Shown: piece by piece, positions 31,380 to 46,905 of the stretch
Position numbering within the stretch: position 1 is the stretch's first letter
Layout of the letters: every line of letters begins with the position of its first letter
NCBI RefSeq assembly: GCF_009914755.1
Contig: NC_060926.1
Length of the DNA stretch: 64,000 bases
Origin: the human T2T-CHM13v2.0 reference genome, Homo sapiens
Direction: 5' to 3' (one strand)
Program-made: the position numbers and the translations under genes
Notes under the pieces: generated by a model
Told to the model about the DNA's origin: nothing
The model's database searches: none
The model's input: only the letters and a program-made list of their open reading frames with translations

Positions 31380-32265
31380 TGTTTATTTTTTAATTGGCAA
31401 ATAAAAATTGTATACATTTATGGTGTACAAATATGTTTTGAAATATGTATATGTTGCAGAATGGCCAAATCAAGCTAATTAACGTATGCATTACCTCAAA
31501 TACTTACTTTTGTGTGGTGAGAACACTTCGAATCTACTCTCTTAGCAATTTTCCAAGTATACAACACGTTGTTATTAACTATAGTCACCATGCTATACCG
31601 TAGATCTTTTGAACTCGTTTCTTCTGTCTAGCTAAAATTTCTTGTCCTTTGACCAGCGTCTCCCCAGTCTCCACTCCCACCCCCAGACCCTGGTCCCCAC
31701 CATTCTACTCTCTGCTTCTATGAGATCAGTGTTTTTAGATTCCACATATGGGTGAGATCATGCGATATTTGTCTTTCTGTGCCTGGCTTATTTTGTGCAA
31801 CACGATGTCCTCAGATTCATCCATGTTGTCACGAATCACAGGATTTCCTTCTTTGTTAACACTGTTCCATTATGTTTATAAAGCAATTTTTTTTTTATCC
31901 ATTCATCCACTGATGGACACTCAGGTCCATATCTTTTATTTATTTTTTTTAGCTCCATATCTTGACTACTGTGAAAATGTTGCAGTGAACTTGGGAATGC
32001 AGATATCTCTTCAACATACTGATTTTATATCCTTAGGATACGTATCCAGGAATTGCTGGATAATGTGGCAGTTCTATTTTTAATTGCTTGAGAAACCTAC
32101 ATACAGTTTTCCATAATGGTTATACTAATGTACACTCCCACCAACAATGCGCAATGTTCCCTTTTCTCCACACCCTCGCCAACACTATCGTTTATCTTTT
32201 TCATCACAGCCATTCTAACAGGTGTGAGGCGGTATCTCCTTGTGGTTTTAATTTGCATTTCCCTG
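31380..32265 (-). mobile_element. L1MA-type 3' end
   Basis: Minus-strand [17 protein letters not shown] (ORF2 C-terminus) and L1MA 3'UTR motifs. Confidence 0.85.
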
Positions 32266-32536
32266 TTCTTCTCTTTTACTTCTGTTAAATGCAAATTTAA
32301 GTCTTCCAGGTGTATCACATACTCTTTTCTGTAATCACAATTTAGTCTTCTGTAGTTTGTGAATTTATTCCAAAATTGTAAAAAATAATAAATGAACATT
32401 TACATGTTTTGACTTTCCAGATTTAGTTCACTGTATAGCCAAAAACTACTCTTTTCTTTCCACTTTGTAGGGTCAGTGTTAGAACTCCTATGCCAGTCAA
32501 AGAATGTTTCTAGTTTTATGTTAAAATATATACTTC

Positions 32537-32843
32537 CTTTTTTTTTTTTTTTTTGAGACAAAGTCTTGCTCTGTTGCCTAGGCTGAAGTGGAGTGGCATG
32601 ATCACGGCTCACTGAAGCCTCAACCTCTGCGGCCCAAGTGATCCTCTAATCTCAGCCTTGCAAGTAGCTGGGACCACAGCTGTGCCCCACCACACCTGGC
32701 TAATTAAAAAAAGATTTTTTTTTTTAGAGATATGGTCTCCCTCTGTTGCCCAGGCTGGCCTTGAACTCCTGGGCTGGAGAGATCATCCTGCCTCACTTTC
32801 CCAAAGTTCTGGGATTATAGGGACGAGTCACCACACCCACCCG
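32537..32843 (-). mobile_element. AluJ
   Basis: Reverse dimer, diverged. Confidence 0.88.
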
Positions 32844-33622
32844 AGATCCTCCTTTTTTAATACTCTACCAATTGTACAAAATCATGCCACATTTTAACTC
32901 GTTTCCTATTTGGTCCATGTCAGGAATAGTATTTAAGATATTTAAAACTGTAGTTTGAATTGACCATTCATGCCTCAGCCGATTCACAGGGAACTATTTT
33001 CTATTTTTTGAATAATGGTAGAGGAAAGTACCTGGTATTTTCAAAAAACTAAAACTACTCTTCTATGAATGGGAAATGAGGCTGGAACAGTCAACTCAAG
33101 CACTTAATAAAATGTCTTGAATATCATGCCAAGAAATGTGGACTTTGTAGGTGCTAGGAGACTCTTGAAGGTTTTTAAGCAATTCAAGGTACTTGGGCTA
33201 AGCCTTCTTGGAAATAATCCACCAAAGAGGGTGGCCTGCCAGGGCAAGGGAATGCCAGCAGTTAGCAGCTGAGGGTACCACTAGTTGCCCCCATAGTGCT
33301 CACCACAACAGGGAGCTGTGGTCGGAGGACCCCACGGAGCCTCAAAGAATCCATCAATAGCCCTGTGAGAGAGCTGCATTTGAACCCCTGCAGCTCAGTC
33401 CTGGCCTGTAGGGAAGAACCCTTGATCAACATTATCATCCTCCAAGACTGCATGTGAATCATCATTTATTTAATTTTATTTAAGTTGATGGATATTTGAG
33501 TACTTCCAATTCTTTTTTTTTACTGTAATAAACAACTTCATGACAGTTGTTTTGTTTATATCTTTGCATTCTTGCCTATTTTCTTCCCCTTGGGAGAGAT
33601 TTATAACTTAAGAACTGCCAGG

Positions 33623-33920
33623 GGCCGGGCGCGGTGGCTCACGCCTGTAATCCCAGCACTTTGGGAGGCTGAGGTGAGCAGATCACGAGGTCAGGAGTTT
33701 GAGAGCAGCCTGACCAACATGGTGAAACCCCGTCTCTACTAAAAATACCAAAATTAGCTGGGTATGGTGGAGCGCGCCTGTAATCCAATTCCAGCTACTC
33801 AGGAGGCTGAGGCTGTAGAATCGCTTGAACCTGGGAGGCAGAGTTTGCAGTGAGCCAAGATTGCGCCATTGCAATCCAGCTTGGGTTACAGAGGGAGACT
33901 GTCTCAAAAAAAAAAAAAAA
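33623..33920 (+). mobile_element. AluS (Sg-like)
   Basis: Forward dimer; flanking repeat AACTGCCAGG. Confidence 0.93.
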
Positions 33921-33989
33921 AACTGCCAGGTAAAGTGTGTGTAATCTATCTTTCCTTCCTTCTTTCTTTCTTTCCTCCCTTTCTCCTTT

Positions 33990-34325
33990 TTAAAATTAGT
34001 GTGTTTTATGTCTTAGAGCAGTTTTAGCTTAACGGAAAAATGAAGCAGAAAGTACAGAGGGCTCTCATATACATCCCCCTCCGACATATTTTCACTTCTT
34101 ATTAACATTTTGGATTAGTGTGATACATTTGTAGTTACAATAGATTAATGGATATTGACACTTTATTAACTAAAGTCCACAGTTTACATTAGGGTTCACT
34201 CTTTGTATTACAGCTCTGTGGGTTTTGACTATGTGTAATGTCATGTATTCACCATTATAGTATTATACAGAATAGTTCCTCTGCCCAAAAAATCCCCTGT
34301 GCCTCACCTATTCATCCCTCCCTCA
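33990..34325 (-). mobile_element. L1MC 3'UTR fragment
   Basis: AACTAAAGTCCACAGTTTACATTAGGGTTCACTCTT motif. Confidence 0.7.
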
Positions 34326-34559
34326 AATGTATATAATTTTTAAGGCTTTTGAGGACTATAGTCAAATTGCTTTACAAAATGTTTGTATCCAAACGCCAGC
34401 AGTGTGTGAGAGTCTGTTTCAGCATATCATCAATAACACTGGGTATTACTATTTTTAATGTTAGGAAAATTGATATCTCATTTATATTAGGACAAATACA
34501 AGTAAGATATAATTGTTTTGGAACTCTGTACAATGAGCTGATGACATTGTTACAATGAG

Positions 34560-35430
34560 AGACACTTGTTAGAGACCAGCTTAAGCAAATAATGAGATTT
34601 ATTGCCTCATGCATCTGGGTGCTGGCCTCAGGGTTGATTGATTCAAGAACTCAAATGATGTCACAGAAAGTGCTATCCCTCATTCCTCTTCTATTGCAGA
34701 CACTTTTTTCTAAGGAGGGAGGCATGGTTGCAAGGAGGTCTAGGCTTATATCATCTTAGCTAAGGAGGTCTAGAGGAACGAGACATCTTTGTTGTCTCTG
34801 ATTTAATCCTACATTAATCAGAGCTCATTTAAGTGCCATGATAGAAACCCAATTTAAGCTGGCTTAAGCCAAAAAAAAAAAAGAATATATTGGCTCATGC
34901 AACTGAGAAGTCTAGTTGAGAGTTCTTCTTTCAGGAACAGGGGCTCAAACAATATCATCAGGACTTGCTTTTTATCTTTTGCCCTGCTCTCCTCTTTGTT
35001 GGCTTCATTCTGAGGCAGGCTTTCTCTCTTGCCTGTTGGCAAAATGATTCCTGATAGCTCCAGGGTTAAATGATTCAGCAGTCTCATGGGTCTCAAAGGG
35101 AATACCTCATTTCTAATGGGTCCCACAAAGGTTCTGAGGAAGGAAGACTTTGGTTGGCCTGGTTTCCAAATTGTGTCCATCCCTACCTCTCATTGTAGCA
35201 GAGGTATAAAAAAATCTGATGAGTTAGGATTGGGTTATATGCCACCCCTGCACAAGGGTAAGGGAAGGCATTAGCTCCCCTAAAATCACAAGGACTAATA
35301 GGGGAGAAAGAGGGTTTGTAAAAGACAAAAAAAGAGTGGATACTGTGCCAGCAAAAGAAAAAATTTATATTACAAGTATCATCAGCTCTCCCACAACCAC
35401 ATGTTGGAGTGTGTGAGAAAGAAGTTTTCT
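34560..35430 (-). mobile_element. Nested MLT1 LTR fragments
   Basis: AGAAACCCAATTTAAGCTGGCTTAAGC..TATTGGCTCATGCAACTGAGAAGTC motif. Confidence 0.55.
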
Positions 35431-37674
35431 ATCAAAAGTTGGGGAGAAGGAATAATGCATAGATAAAAGCAACACATGTCCACCACATCATTGTTTTATT
35501 TCACATTCATTCATAAACATTATTTCAGATATCTGTTGATCATTTGCATTTGGGTTTTTATGAGTTATCTGTCCATTTTGCTGTTAGGACAGTGCTTTTA
35601 AGGTGTTCCTAACATCTTAACCTTGGTCTTAATTCCTTTCAGTTTTGCATGCTGGAAATGTTTTTTTTCCAGTTTGTCATTTGCTTCCTAACTTTGTTAT
35701 TTACATTTTTATTCAAGATTACTGTTTTAAATTACACATAGATCCATGCAATGGGTATTATGCTTTTACTCATCCTCATTCTAAACACTAAATAGTTGTA
35801 TGGCTTAGTTATTACTCTGATTTAACTTCTGTGGCCCAGTTTTCTCATCTGTAAAATGGGCCATTGATTTTCTTCCTATTCTTCTAACATGTTTATGACT
35901 ATGAAATATGATTTATTTATTTGAAAATATAGAGCTCAAGAAAGTGAATAGGAAATATTAGAGAATAGTGTTCTGAGCATTAAATATCAGAGGATCTTTA
36001 ATGGTATCCCACAGGGAGTACTATGAGTGATTCATATGCAGCTTGATGTTGCTCTGTAGCCAAATAGAGCAGAATAAGCCCCTCCCCTTCCCCACCCTTT
36101 GCCCTAGCCGGCCAGGTCATGCAGCAGGCAGAGGAAATGCCTGCAGCTACACTGAATACAGATGCCAGTCAGATCCTGCAGGTTAGAGAGAGTGCTGCAA
36201 GGCTAAGCTAAACAGACCAAAGCCAGCCCCAGGTTGAACAAGAAAGCAGGCAGCCAGTATTTTCCTGAGTGTAACTGTGGGTACTGCCTCTATTGGCGGT
36301 AGAGACTTGGTACTTAAAATGAACTTCGAGCTGTTCCAAATGTACAGATTAAGAACATCTGGCATGTAGAATTAGGATTCTGATGGGAGATATATACTGA
36401 TGCTGCCTGGTGTGGGACAAGAGTACATTGATGCATGGATGATGATCAGTAGTCTTGGAGAACAGAATCAAGATAGGATGAGAAAAGAAAGTATTCTTTG
36501 ATTATAATGACTAAGTGTTCATAAATTCCTTCATGAGGAAGAAGTGGAAATTATCAGAGCCTCCCACTATGTACCTTTGGTATTATAGTGTATTATATAT
36601 TTATTTTAAAATTGGTGTGTAGTAAAATGGATAACCATAAAAGGGCAAGCTTAGTCATGTAGCTCAAGTCCTTTTGTCACCTTTGTAAAGAACTTTTCCA
36701 GGTTTTGTTAAGTAGACATTTTTGATGTAGTTAGATTTTACCAAACTGCTAGATACAGAACTCTGGAGCCTGAGTGATACACCAAATAAACAGTCACCTT
36801 ACAGGCTACTGTTTTAGTCTTATGTTAGTCTGAGTATTCTACACTTGACAAAAATCACTTTGACAATGAGAAAGTATTACATAAAAGTCATTTATCACAA
36901 TCCCTCAGATCAGCAATCCTCAACCCTGGCTAAACAGTAGAACTACCTGAGAAGCTTTTTAACAACTGCTGATGGCTGGCCCAGCACCATATTAATTACA
37001 TTAAAATTTCTGGAGATGGGAAGAACACTCCCCAAGTTCCCCAAGTGAACATAATGTGCAACTAGACAAAAAAGGCTGATAGGGGATTGCACAAAAAGTG
37101 GGGTCTAGTCAGGTCTTAGAGGATAACTGTGTCCACAGTGTAACACTGTGTTACAAGCTGAGGCATGGGGTATAATTCAGGTATTCCCTTCGAAGCCTAC
37201 ACAATTGTTAGCAAACTATCTAGTGGTCTCTGGAAGATATTTTTGGGGAAATATTCAGATGTTTTTTGAATACTATTTTGTTGAAAACAATTCAGGAAAT
37301 TTCCCCCCAGGAAAACTTCTGATTTGCAGCATGCAACATAGAGCCTGAGCACTCTTCCCCGGCTTCCCACTGTACTTGGAACAGGAACCAGACTCCACCG
37401 TGGCTTCCACAGCCTGGCATGACCTTTCTCCTTGCCTTGACTGAAAGCTGTATTTAATGCCACCATCTCATATTTTATAATGCAGCAGCCACACTGGGCT
37501 TCTTTCAGTTTCTCCTACTTGGGAAACTCGAGCTTTCTACATGCTATTCCCTCTGCGTGGATTAAGTTCTCCCACCTTTCTTCTTGGTTTCTTCTTATCC
37601 ATTCTTCAGCGATCACTTCCCCAGAGACCTTCCCAGACAACCTCTCTAAGCCCTAATCTACCCCCATCTCTAAA

Positions 37675-38002
37675 TTTTTTAAATTTATTTATTTATTTAT
37701 TTTTGAGGCAGGGTCTCGTTTTATTGCCCAGGCTAGAGTACAGTGGCATGATCATGGCTTACCTCCCTAGCTCAAGTGATTCTCCCACCTCAGCCTCCCA
37801 AGTAGCTGGGACTACAGGTGCAGCCTCCCGAGTAGCTGGAACTACAGCCAAACCACCATGTCTGGCTAATTTTTGTATTTTTTGTGGAGAAGGGTTTTGC
37901 CATGTTGCCCGGGCTGGTCTCTAACTCCTGGGCTCAAGCGATCCTCCTGCCTCAGGCCCCCAAATTGCTGAGATTACAGGCATGAGCCATTGCGCCTGGA
38001 CC
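37675..38002 (-). mobile_element. AluJ with an internal ~30-bp tandem duplication, inside L2
   Basis: CAGCCTCCC.AGTAGCTGG.ACTACAG repeated at 37791 and 37821. Confidence 0.88.
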
Positions 38003-38801
38003 CTATTAATAAATAAAACATCACCTTCTCCCCAGCACCTACACATGGCACATACTGGGTATTCAGTAAACATCTGTTGAATGAGTGAATGAAAGACTGT
38101 TGAAGGCAGTGTGGCAGAGTGGAAAGAACACTGAATTTTTCCGCAAAAGGCCGGATTCTAGATGGGGTTCAATCCTTTAAATGTTCTAAGACTATTTCTT
38201 TGTCTTTAAAGTATAGTACCTGTCCTACTTAGTTCTGTACCTGTAAATATAAAATGGAAGTTGGTATATAAAAGTGTCATAATAATCATAAAATGCCACT
38301 GCAAATGTAAGTTAATGTACTATTCATGGACTCAAAAGGAAATCACATATAGTCAATCAGCAAAATGTTTTTCAGTGCTGAATTATTGACACTGTACTGC
38401 ATTCATCACTATTATCAACCTTTTAAAGGTAAGATTTAATTTTTTTAATTTTTAAAATTATTATTATTATTTTATTTGTAGAGATGGGTTGCCCAGGCTG
38501 GCCTCAAGTGATCCTCCCGCCTTGGTCTCCCAAAGCACAGAGATTACAGGTGTGAACCACCGTTCCCAGACAAATATCAGATTTTATGAGTAAGGATGAA
38601 AAGTAAATAATTCTAGGTGAAATATTTTTATACTGCAAAAAGCTTCCTATGTCCACGTAAAAACCATCTTATTTACTTAACAAGAGATCTCTGAGACACA
38701 CAGTCTTTATGAAAAGCTAATTTTAAAGGATATAGTAGATGCATATGCTGTCAACATAATGTCTCATATAATAAGAGTTCAACTAACATTTACCAGACAC
38801 A

Positions 38802-39091
38802 TTTTTGAGATGGAGTCTTGCTCTTGTTGCCCAGGCTGGAGGCTACAATGGCATGATCTCGGCTCACTGCAACCTCTGCCTCCTGGGTTCAAGCGATTCT
38901 CCTGCATCTGCCTCCTGAGTAGCTGGGATTATAGGTGCCTGCCACCAAGCCCGGCTAATTTTTGTATGTTTTAGTAGAGACGGGGTTTCACTGTGTTGGC
39001 CAGGCTGGTCTTGAAGTCCTGACCTCGTGATCCGCCCCCCCTCGGCCTCCCAAAGTGTTGGGATTACAAGCGTGAGCCACCATGCCCGGCC
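38802..39091 (-). mobile_element. AluS (Sg-like)
   Basis: Reverse dimer with a very short tail. Confidence 0.92.
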
Positions 39092-41321
39092 AAATTTTGC
39101 TTTTCTTATAACATCCATATCTAATTGTAATTCATGGTCAAGATACTTTAATACTTAAGTCATCTGTTGAGTGAAGGGTACTAACAGTAATTAAACAGCC
39201 TGTCATTTAGGGGTTTAGCATGCACCTAAAAGTATTTTAGAAGTGTGTCACCGAAATGAAAGACATTTAGGTGGCACTAGCTTCCTGAAGACTGAAAGAG
39301 TAACCCTACCCACGGGAACTGCCTTGCCTTGGGTAGATGGTAGGTGGCAGCAACAGACCAGAAATTATGGTTAACTAGAGCGCTAGACATGTTCTTTTTA
39401 ATGTTATTCTATCATTTTTTTCCAAAATAAAATAATATAGCTGCAAACCAAGTAGATAGTAAAAATAAATAAGCATGATGTGACTAATTTGCATAATACA
39501 GGCTACCTAAGCCTTTATTTATTCTATAATCTTTCAACAGCAATTTATTTTTCAACAGCTCTAAGCTTGGTTTTGTTACTATTCTTAGCTTGTTTTTTTT
39601 TGTTACAATCTTTATTTCTTCTCTTTGTAAGTGTTGAAAATTTTAATGCTCCTCTATTGACAGAAAGGGATGGCATATTTGAACTTTCATTCTGCCTAAC
39701 CTTTGTTCTATTCCTGTTGTGAAGATTTTGCCCCAGACATTGCACTGGTCAAGGTTTAGTTACTGAAAAAATAATCCATTCCAGACAGTTTAAACAGAAA
39801 TTGTTTAACACTGGGCATTAAATGGCTTATGAAGTTGTTGGCAGGGCTAATGAAAGAGGCTCTTGGTCACTCACTCTCAATCTGAGCTTCGTATCACAAG
39901 CATCTGGGTTGCTTTTTTAGAATATCAATTCGGGAATCCATTGCTGACATAATGAATCAAAACCTTTGGGCATAAACTCCCCTGGAAATTCAAATGTTGA
40001 GATCAGATAGAGATCCACTTTGAGGCTGAAGTTTTAGGATGGACTTTTACTGCAGAACTGGGCCATCAAGGGATCTACTGATCCTGCAATAGGAAACCAT
40101 TTGCTGAATTGGGAAGTTGTTGCTATAGCTGCTGGATTCAAAACAATGCATCCCCTGCCATCATCAGAAGCTGCCATGCTCTGGAAACTGCCACATCCAA
40201 AAAGCTGCCACTCCGGGACCCGCCAAGCTTGCTATGATATTAATTAGTAAAACAGATGTCCTGTGCCCTGCCTCTTGGTGCCCCACAAGCCAGTGAACAG
40301 TCAGTTAACAATGGCACAGAATAACTAAACTCCTCCGCGACTGTGCTTATCACAGAACCAGCAGCAGATGGCCCCTGCCTCACTCATACCCTCCCTCCAC
40401 ATCTACAATTTTAATTCTGCTGGTGGAAACTCTATCACATGAGGAATCTTAATTGCAAGAATGTCCAGGGTTTGTAGCTTTAAACTTCCCAGCCCTACAG
40501 AAACAGAAAGTCCAGCTAGAAAGAGATTGCAATGGATGTGTGTACCAATCCACTGTTTCACCAAGGACATCATGAAATAGATGAGTTATTTTAAAGACAC
40601 GAAGGCCCTTGTTGTCACACTAGCCCAGACCTGCGGGTAAATCTGAGTCAAGCCTTTTCGGGAGTTTAAGTGTGTGTGAACTAAGAAGAAATCAGGACGA
40701 ATCTCTTCCCCGGATAGGCTCCTTGCTTCCATAGGAAAAGCAAACCTGATACCAGCTGAAGTCCACGCCTGGGGGATATTAGGAAGGGAGGGGTCTGTGT
40801 TGCCTACTTTTTGTCTGAGCTGGTGGCTGGCCCTTTTTCCCCCGAGTTGGTGGCTGGCCCTTTTTCGCCTTCCCTGTCTTGTTGTGATAGCTCATAGTCT
40901 GGGCACACTCTGTTCAAAATCTGACTTTGCCATTTTTTGCCTCCTTGGTGTGTCCAAGCAGTGGCATCTGTGATTAGTTGCCTCCTGATGTAATATTAAC
41001 TTTACCTTTTTCTCACTCAATACCTTCAGATGCATACTTCCTGTTTTCTAAAGGACTCAATGCTAATTATAATGATATTTTCCTTTACTTTTCCTTACTT
41101 CTAGATATATTCTTTTGCATTTTATATTATTTCTTCCTCTGGAAATGAACTATTTCTGTAATACATTCTTTTCATTAATAAAGGTTTTAGTATATTTGAT
41201 TATCTACTTGTTCTTCTTTATGCCAGTTCAGATATGCTTTAGTGCTTTGAAAGTTAACTGTTTGGTCCTATCTATGCCTGAGCATGACTTCAGGGTTGCC
41301 TCGAAATTTAAATTATATGCC

Positions 41322-41793
41322 CACAATTCACAATTGCAAAAATATGGAACCAGCCCAAACGCCCATCAATCAATGAGTAGATAAAGAAAATGTGGTATAC
41401 ATATATATGCACATATACCATGGAATACTACTCAGCCATAAAAAGAAATGAAATAATGGCATTCACAGCAACCTGGATGGAACTGGAAACTATCGTTCTA
41501 AGTGAAGTAACCCAGGAATAGAAAACTAAATATCGTATGTTCTCACTGATAAGTGGAAGCTAAGCTATGAGGATGCAAAGGCATAAAAATGACACAGTGG
41601 ACTTTGGATACTCGGGGGAAAGGGTGGGAGGGGGTGAGGGATAAAAAAACTGCATATTGGGTACAGCGTACACTGCTTGAGGGATGGGTGCACCAAAATC
41701 TCAGAAATCACCACTAAAGAACTTATTCATGTAACCAAACATCACATGTTCCCCCAAACCTATTGAGATAAAACATAAATTTAAAAATAAAAA
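41322..41793 (+). mobile_element. 5'-truncated L1PB 3' end with TSD
   Basis: 12-bp TSD AAATTATATGCC at 41310-41321 and 41794-41805; L1PB 3'UTR (GGGTGCACCAAAATCTCAGAAATCACCAC) and A tail. Confidence 0.9.
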
Positions 41794-41894
41794 AAATTAT
41801 ATGCCTGTATACTGAAATGGTGAATCTGCTCATGCACCACATTGAGAAATTATTTTGAAATGTTATTATGAAAACATATAATAGGATACTAAAA

Positions 41895-42720
41895 TAAACT
41901 TTCAGAAAGTAAAATTTTAATTTTAGAATAGTTGTTGATTAAAAAAATTATTGTGAATATAGTAGAGTTCCCATATGCCCCACATTCAGTTACCCTATTA
42001 TTAATATCTTAATATTAATAAATAGTATTTTCTACCATTGTTAATGATAAATGGTATATTTGTTGCAATTAATGAACCAATATCAATATCTCATTATTAA
42101 CTAAAGTTTGTACTTTATTCAGATGTCCTCAGTTTTCACCTCAAGTTCTTTTTCTGTCCCACGATCCCACCAAGGATACTAACATTGCATCTAGTCATCA
42201 GGTCTCCTTAGGCTCCTGGTAGATGCTTCTCAGGCTTTCTCTGTTTCTGATGACCTTGACAATTTTGAGGATTACTAGTCAGGCATTTCGTAGAATTAAA
42301 TTATATTCTCTTCAATTTTTAATTTTATTTTTAAACTTCACGTAAGCATTTTAAACACACACAAAATTAGAGAATAGTATAATGAATCCCCATCTACCCA
42401 AGACCCAGCTTCAAAACTGTCACCATTTCCAAGTTTATTCTATCTAAACTGTCCTACCTGCCAACCCCTGAGGATTTTAAATCAAGCGCCAAATATTATA
42501 TCATAGTACCCTTATGTATTTCAGTACATGCCTCTAACAGATAAGGCCTTTAAAGAATATACCCACGATGCCGTTATCACAGTGACAAAGTTAATGATGA
42601 TTCTGTAATGTTTAGTAGTCAGCCTACATTCAAAGTTCCCCAATGGTCTAAAAAATGTCTTGTTCAAGTTTACGTACTCAAATCAGGATCCAAACAAGGT
42701 ATATGTATTGAATTCTGTTG
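41895..42720 (-). mobile_element. L1MC/L1ME fragments
   Basis: TTATTAACTAAAGT..CTTTATTCAGAT and CCCAGCTTCAA..AATCAGGATCCAAACAAGGT motifs. Confidence 0.6.
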
Positions 42721-45219
42721 ATTTGAAAAACAGGACTTTTATCTCTGCTTTAGCTGAGACCTGGGACTGAAAACAAAACCATAGTTATAGCTACATTTTG
42801 AGATGAGGTGCTAAACTCCCTGTGTTGTGCAAAAGGGGCATTTTAAAAGAGTTTTAAGATTTTTAGTCCAACACCCACCTCAGGATCCAGAGTATTTCTT
42901 TGGGGAAATGCAGTAGGGAACTGTGGCTTTTTTCCCTCCCACCGTGGGAGAGAGAAGCAAGGTGTCGCCCCATCACCCCAAGCTCAGTGAGACAGTCTTT
43001 AAGAAAACCTCTCTGAGAACTCGGTGTTTACTCCTTGGAGCTAGAAAGACACGTTGACCGATACCTGAGGAAAGGAAAGAGGAAAGGCTGTGGCTGGAGA
43101 TGTCTGAAAAATGACTGCCAAGCAGAGCAAAGAGAGGTGGTTGAGTTCAGAGCAATCTGTGACTTCTATCACTGGTAGGGCAGAGATATGAGTCTCCATA
43201 ACTAGATATGATGGGAGGGAGGGATGTGGTCCTGTGGTCAGTTTAAAATGGATCCCACCCAGATGGCCTTCTTGCTGGGGGCTAGTCTCTTTCAGCAGAA
43301 AGAGGTTGGAGGTGTAGCATTTAATACAGAAGCTGGGATGGGGCACTTAATACAGAAGCTGGGATAGGGCTGTAGAGAGAACTGGCATAGCCTAACAAGG
43401 GAGCAGCAGTCAAGAATTCCAAGTGGGGTGAAGCTCTGAGTCCCTACAAAAAGAATCCTGCAAAATAAGTAGTCAGCTTTGAATATTCACCATTCCCAGA
43501 GAGCCTAAATGGATTTCAAAAGTACTTGTTTGTTCCCATTTTCAGCTAGGTAGGGGGAAACTAAGGCAAGGGCGGGGGGGACCAACCATGCCCTCTCCTC
43601 ACTTCAGCATACTCAGTACCAAGCTGGGAGAGGGAAGACACTTTAATGTTACATATCCTTCTGACTTTTTAATATTAAATTGGACTGTGACAAAGAAAAA
43701 TTGGTTCAAACCTGGGACAGAATCTCCTTCTGGAAAGAAATCTGCTTTGCTGATAGAACGCTTAAGCAATTTTCTGATAACTTGTAATAAGATTAAAGCC
43801 TCTTCTGGGAAACCAGCTACTTGCTCAGCTGACCAACAGTCTGCTGTCTAATAATTTTGAATCCAGTTTAGTAATAATTAAGCATTTATTTTACCTATAA
43901 AGTATTCCTTCCACAGGGAATCATTGAATGGAAGTTAACAATTTGTATCATGTTGGGTCCTGCACTTTCAACATAATGATTACAAAAATATTTCAGGGAT
44001 AGAAATATGCCGATGGATAAAGTAATTTTGCTTGTCCTTAAAATCAATCATATCTTAATATCAAATTTCTGAGAAATAACTCTAGCAATCACTTTCAAAT
44101 GACCCCATGTGGTGATGAATTTGAGAGTTACAGGCGGTACCTCCTCACTTCAAATGTCATTTGGACACAGAGTACTATCTATCCTTATTTCACAGGTTCT
44201 GTGTATTATCTATCCTTATTAGATATACACATATAGAGATGTGTATTATCTATCATATGTATTATTGTCATATATAGATAATACACACATGTAAATGTGT
44301 ATTATCTATGCTTATTTTACAGATTCTGGTGCCTGGTCATCTTTTACAGTCATATTATATAAGCAGGATTTTCCCTTTCTATGTATTACCTTAAACATGA
44401 TCCTAGATCACAAACCAATTGTCTTAAAGGGTTCAAAGAAGGGAATTAACAGGTTTTAATTTCAACCAGTAGTAACACAAAGCCTAGTTATTCCAAAGCT
44501 GTTGCTCAGGTTACAAAACCAAAGCTTCATATAATTTAATCATGCATTGTACGTGAAGGACCTGCATACATTTGTTTGTATAAAAAGCCAAATAATCATA
44601 TACAGTATTGGTAGTAATATATTTAAATTGGCACAGCCCTTCGAAAAACAGTTTGGCAATATATATCAAGAACAATACATGCTTATACCCTTGATTTGAT
44701 ATTCCAACTTCAATTAAAAATATGTGGGAAGGAAGCTACATGCATAAATATTTTCTTTTTTATGGTAGTGAAAAATGAGAAGCAGCCTGAATATGTAACA
44801 ACAGGGACTCACAGTAGGTAAATGTGTGGTTTATCCACCTGATGTGATTTATTAAAATATTCATTGGAAAGACTACAACATGGAAAAGAAGAATAAAAGT
44901 TGAATTCATACTATAATTACTTAAAACATATATTAGAAACATTTGCGTACATTTTCTAAAGACTTAGAATCACATATTATTGGCAATCCATGCCGAAATG
45001 GTACATAAAAATTTCCGTTTGCTAATGTTAGACTGCTGGCAGACACAGCAAATTTTTCAGCTAAGCAAATGTCAATTGTTGCTATAGCACTTCTAAAATT
45101 CAAATAAACCTACCTAATAATTGGCAGGGGTACTCTTGGGTAAATGTGGAGAAAAGTCAAAGATTAAGAAAAGGAAAATGTCAACCTTCCCAGTCAGTGA
45201 CTACTTAGAAGCTATGCTA

Positions 45220-45835
<616 letters not shown>

Positions 45836-46544
45836 CTAGTGGGGAAGGCACACTAAATAACTAGGATAAAATCTGGTAACCACTCGCAGAGATGACTGAG
45901 CGGGATAGAGGAAGATTTTGGAGAAGGGGGAGGCATTCCAGATAGAGTAGACCCAAGAGAAGAGGTTCTTTGTTTTAAACCTCTGTACTGAGAGAGCAGA
46001 ATAACCGAGAGTGTCTTGACTATAGTTTAAATGCAGGATTTGCATAAGCAGGTAGTGGAGGCTGAAGACCTTAGGTTCTATTTTGAACGTATTAAGAAGA
46101 ATGATTTAAAATTTATGTTGATTCTAGAGTCTGCATGGAATGAACTGGGAGATGGAAGAGTTAAGTTACGAGGTCTCTGCAATAAACTAAGACCTTCACT
46201 ACATAAATTAACTGCACTAGCATTTCCAGAATATATTTTACTTTAAAAATGATTTAACCATATTCTAACCAAGTTTTGGATGATTTTTGGTGTTCTCTAA
46301 TAGAATTGGCACAGTATATTGAATCAGATTGCAGTGGATTATTTTAACTGTGTGGCCAGATGCAGAGAAATATGCCAAGGTATTGAGGCCAACAAATAGA
46401 GAAATGCAAATTCTCACAAGTAAACAGATTTGGAATTCTAGAAGGTGGCAGATTATCAATAGCTGTATCCAGATCCTTTGGAGTGGTGGATGGTTTTATA
46501 TTAAAACTTGGTAATAGCTCACCAGGAAATAAAATTCAGCCTTA

Positions 46545-46905
<361 letters not shown>

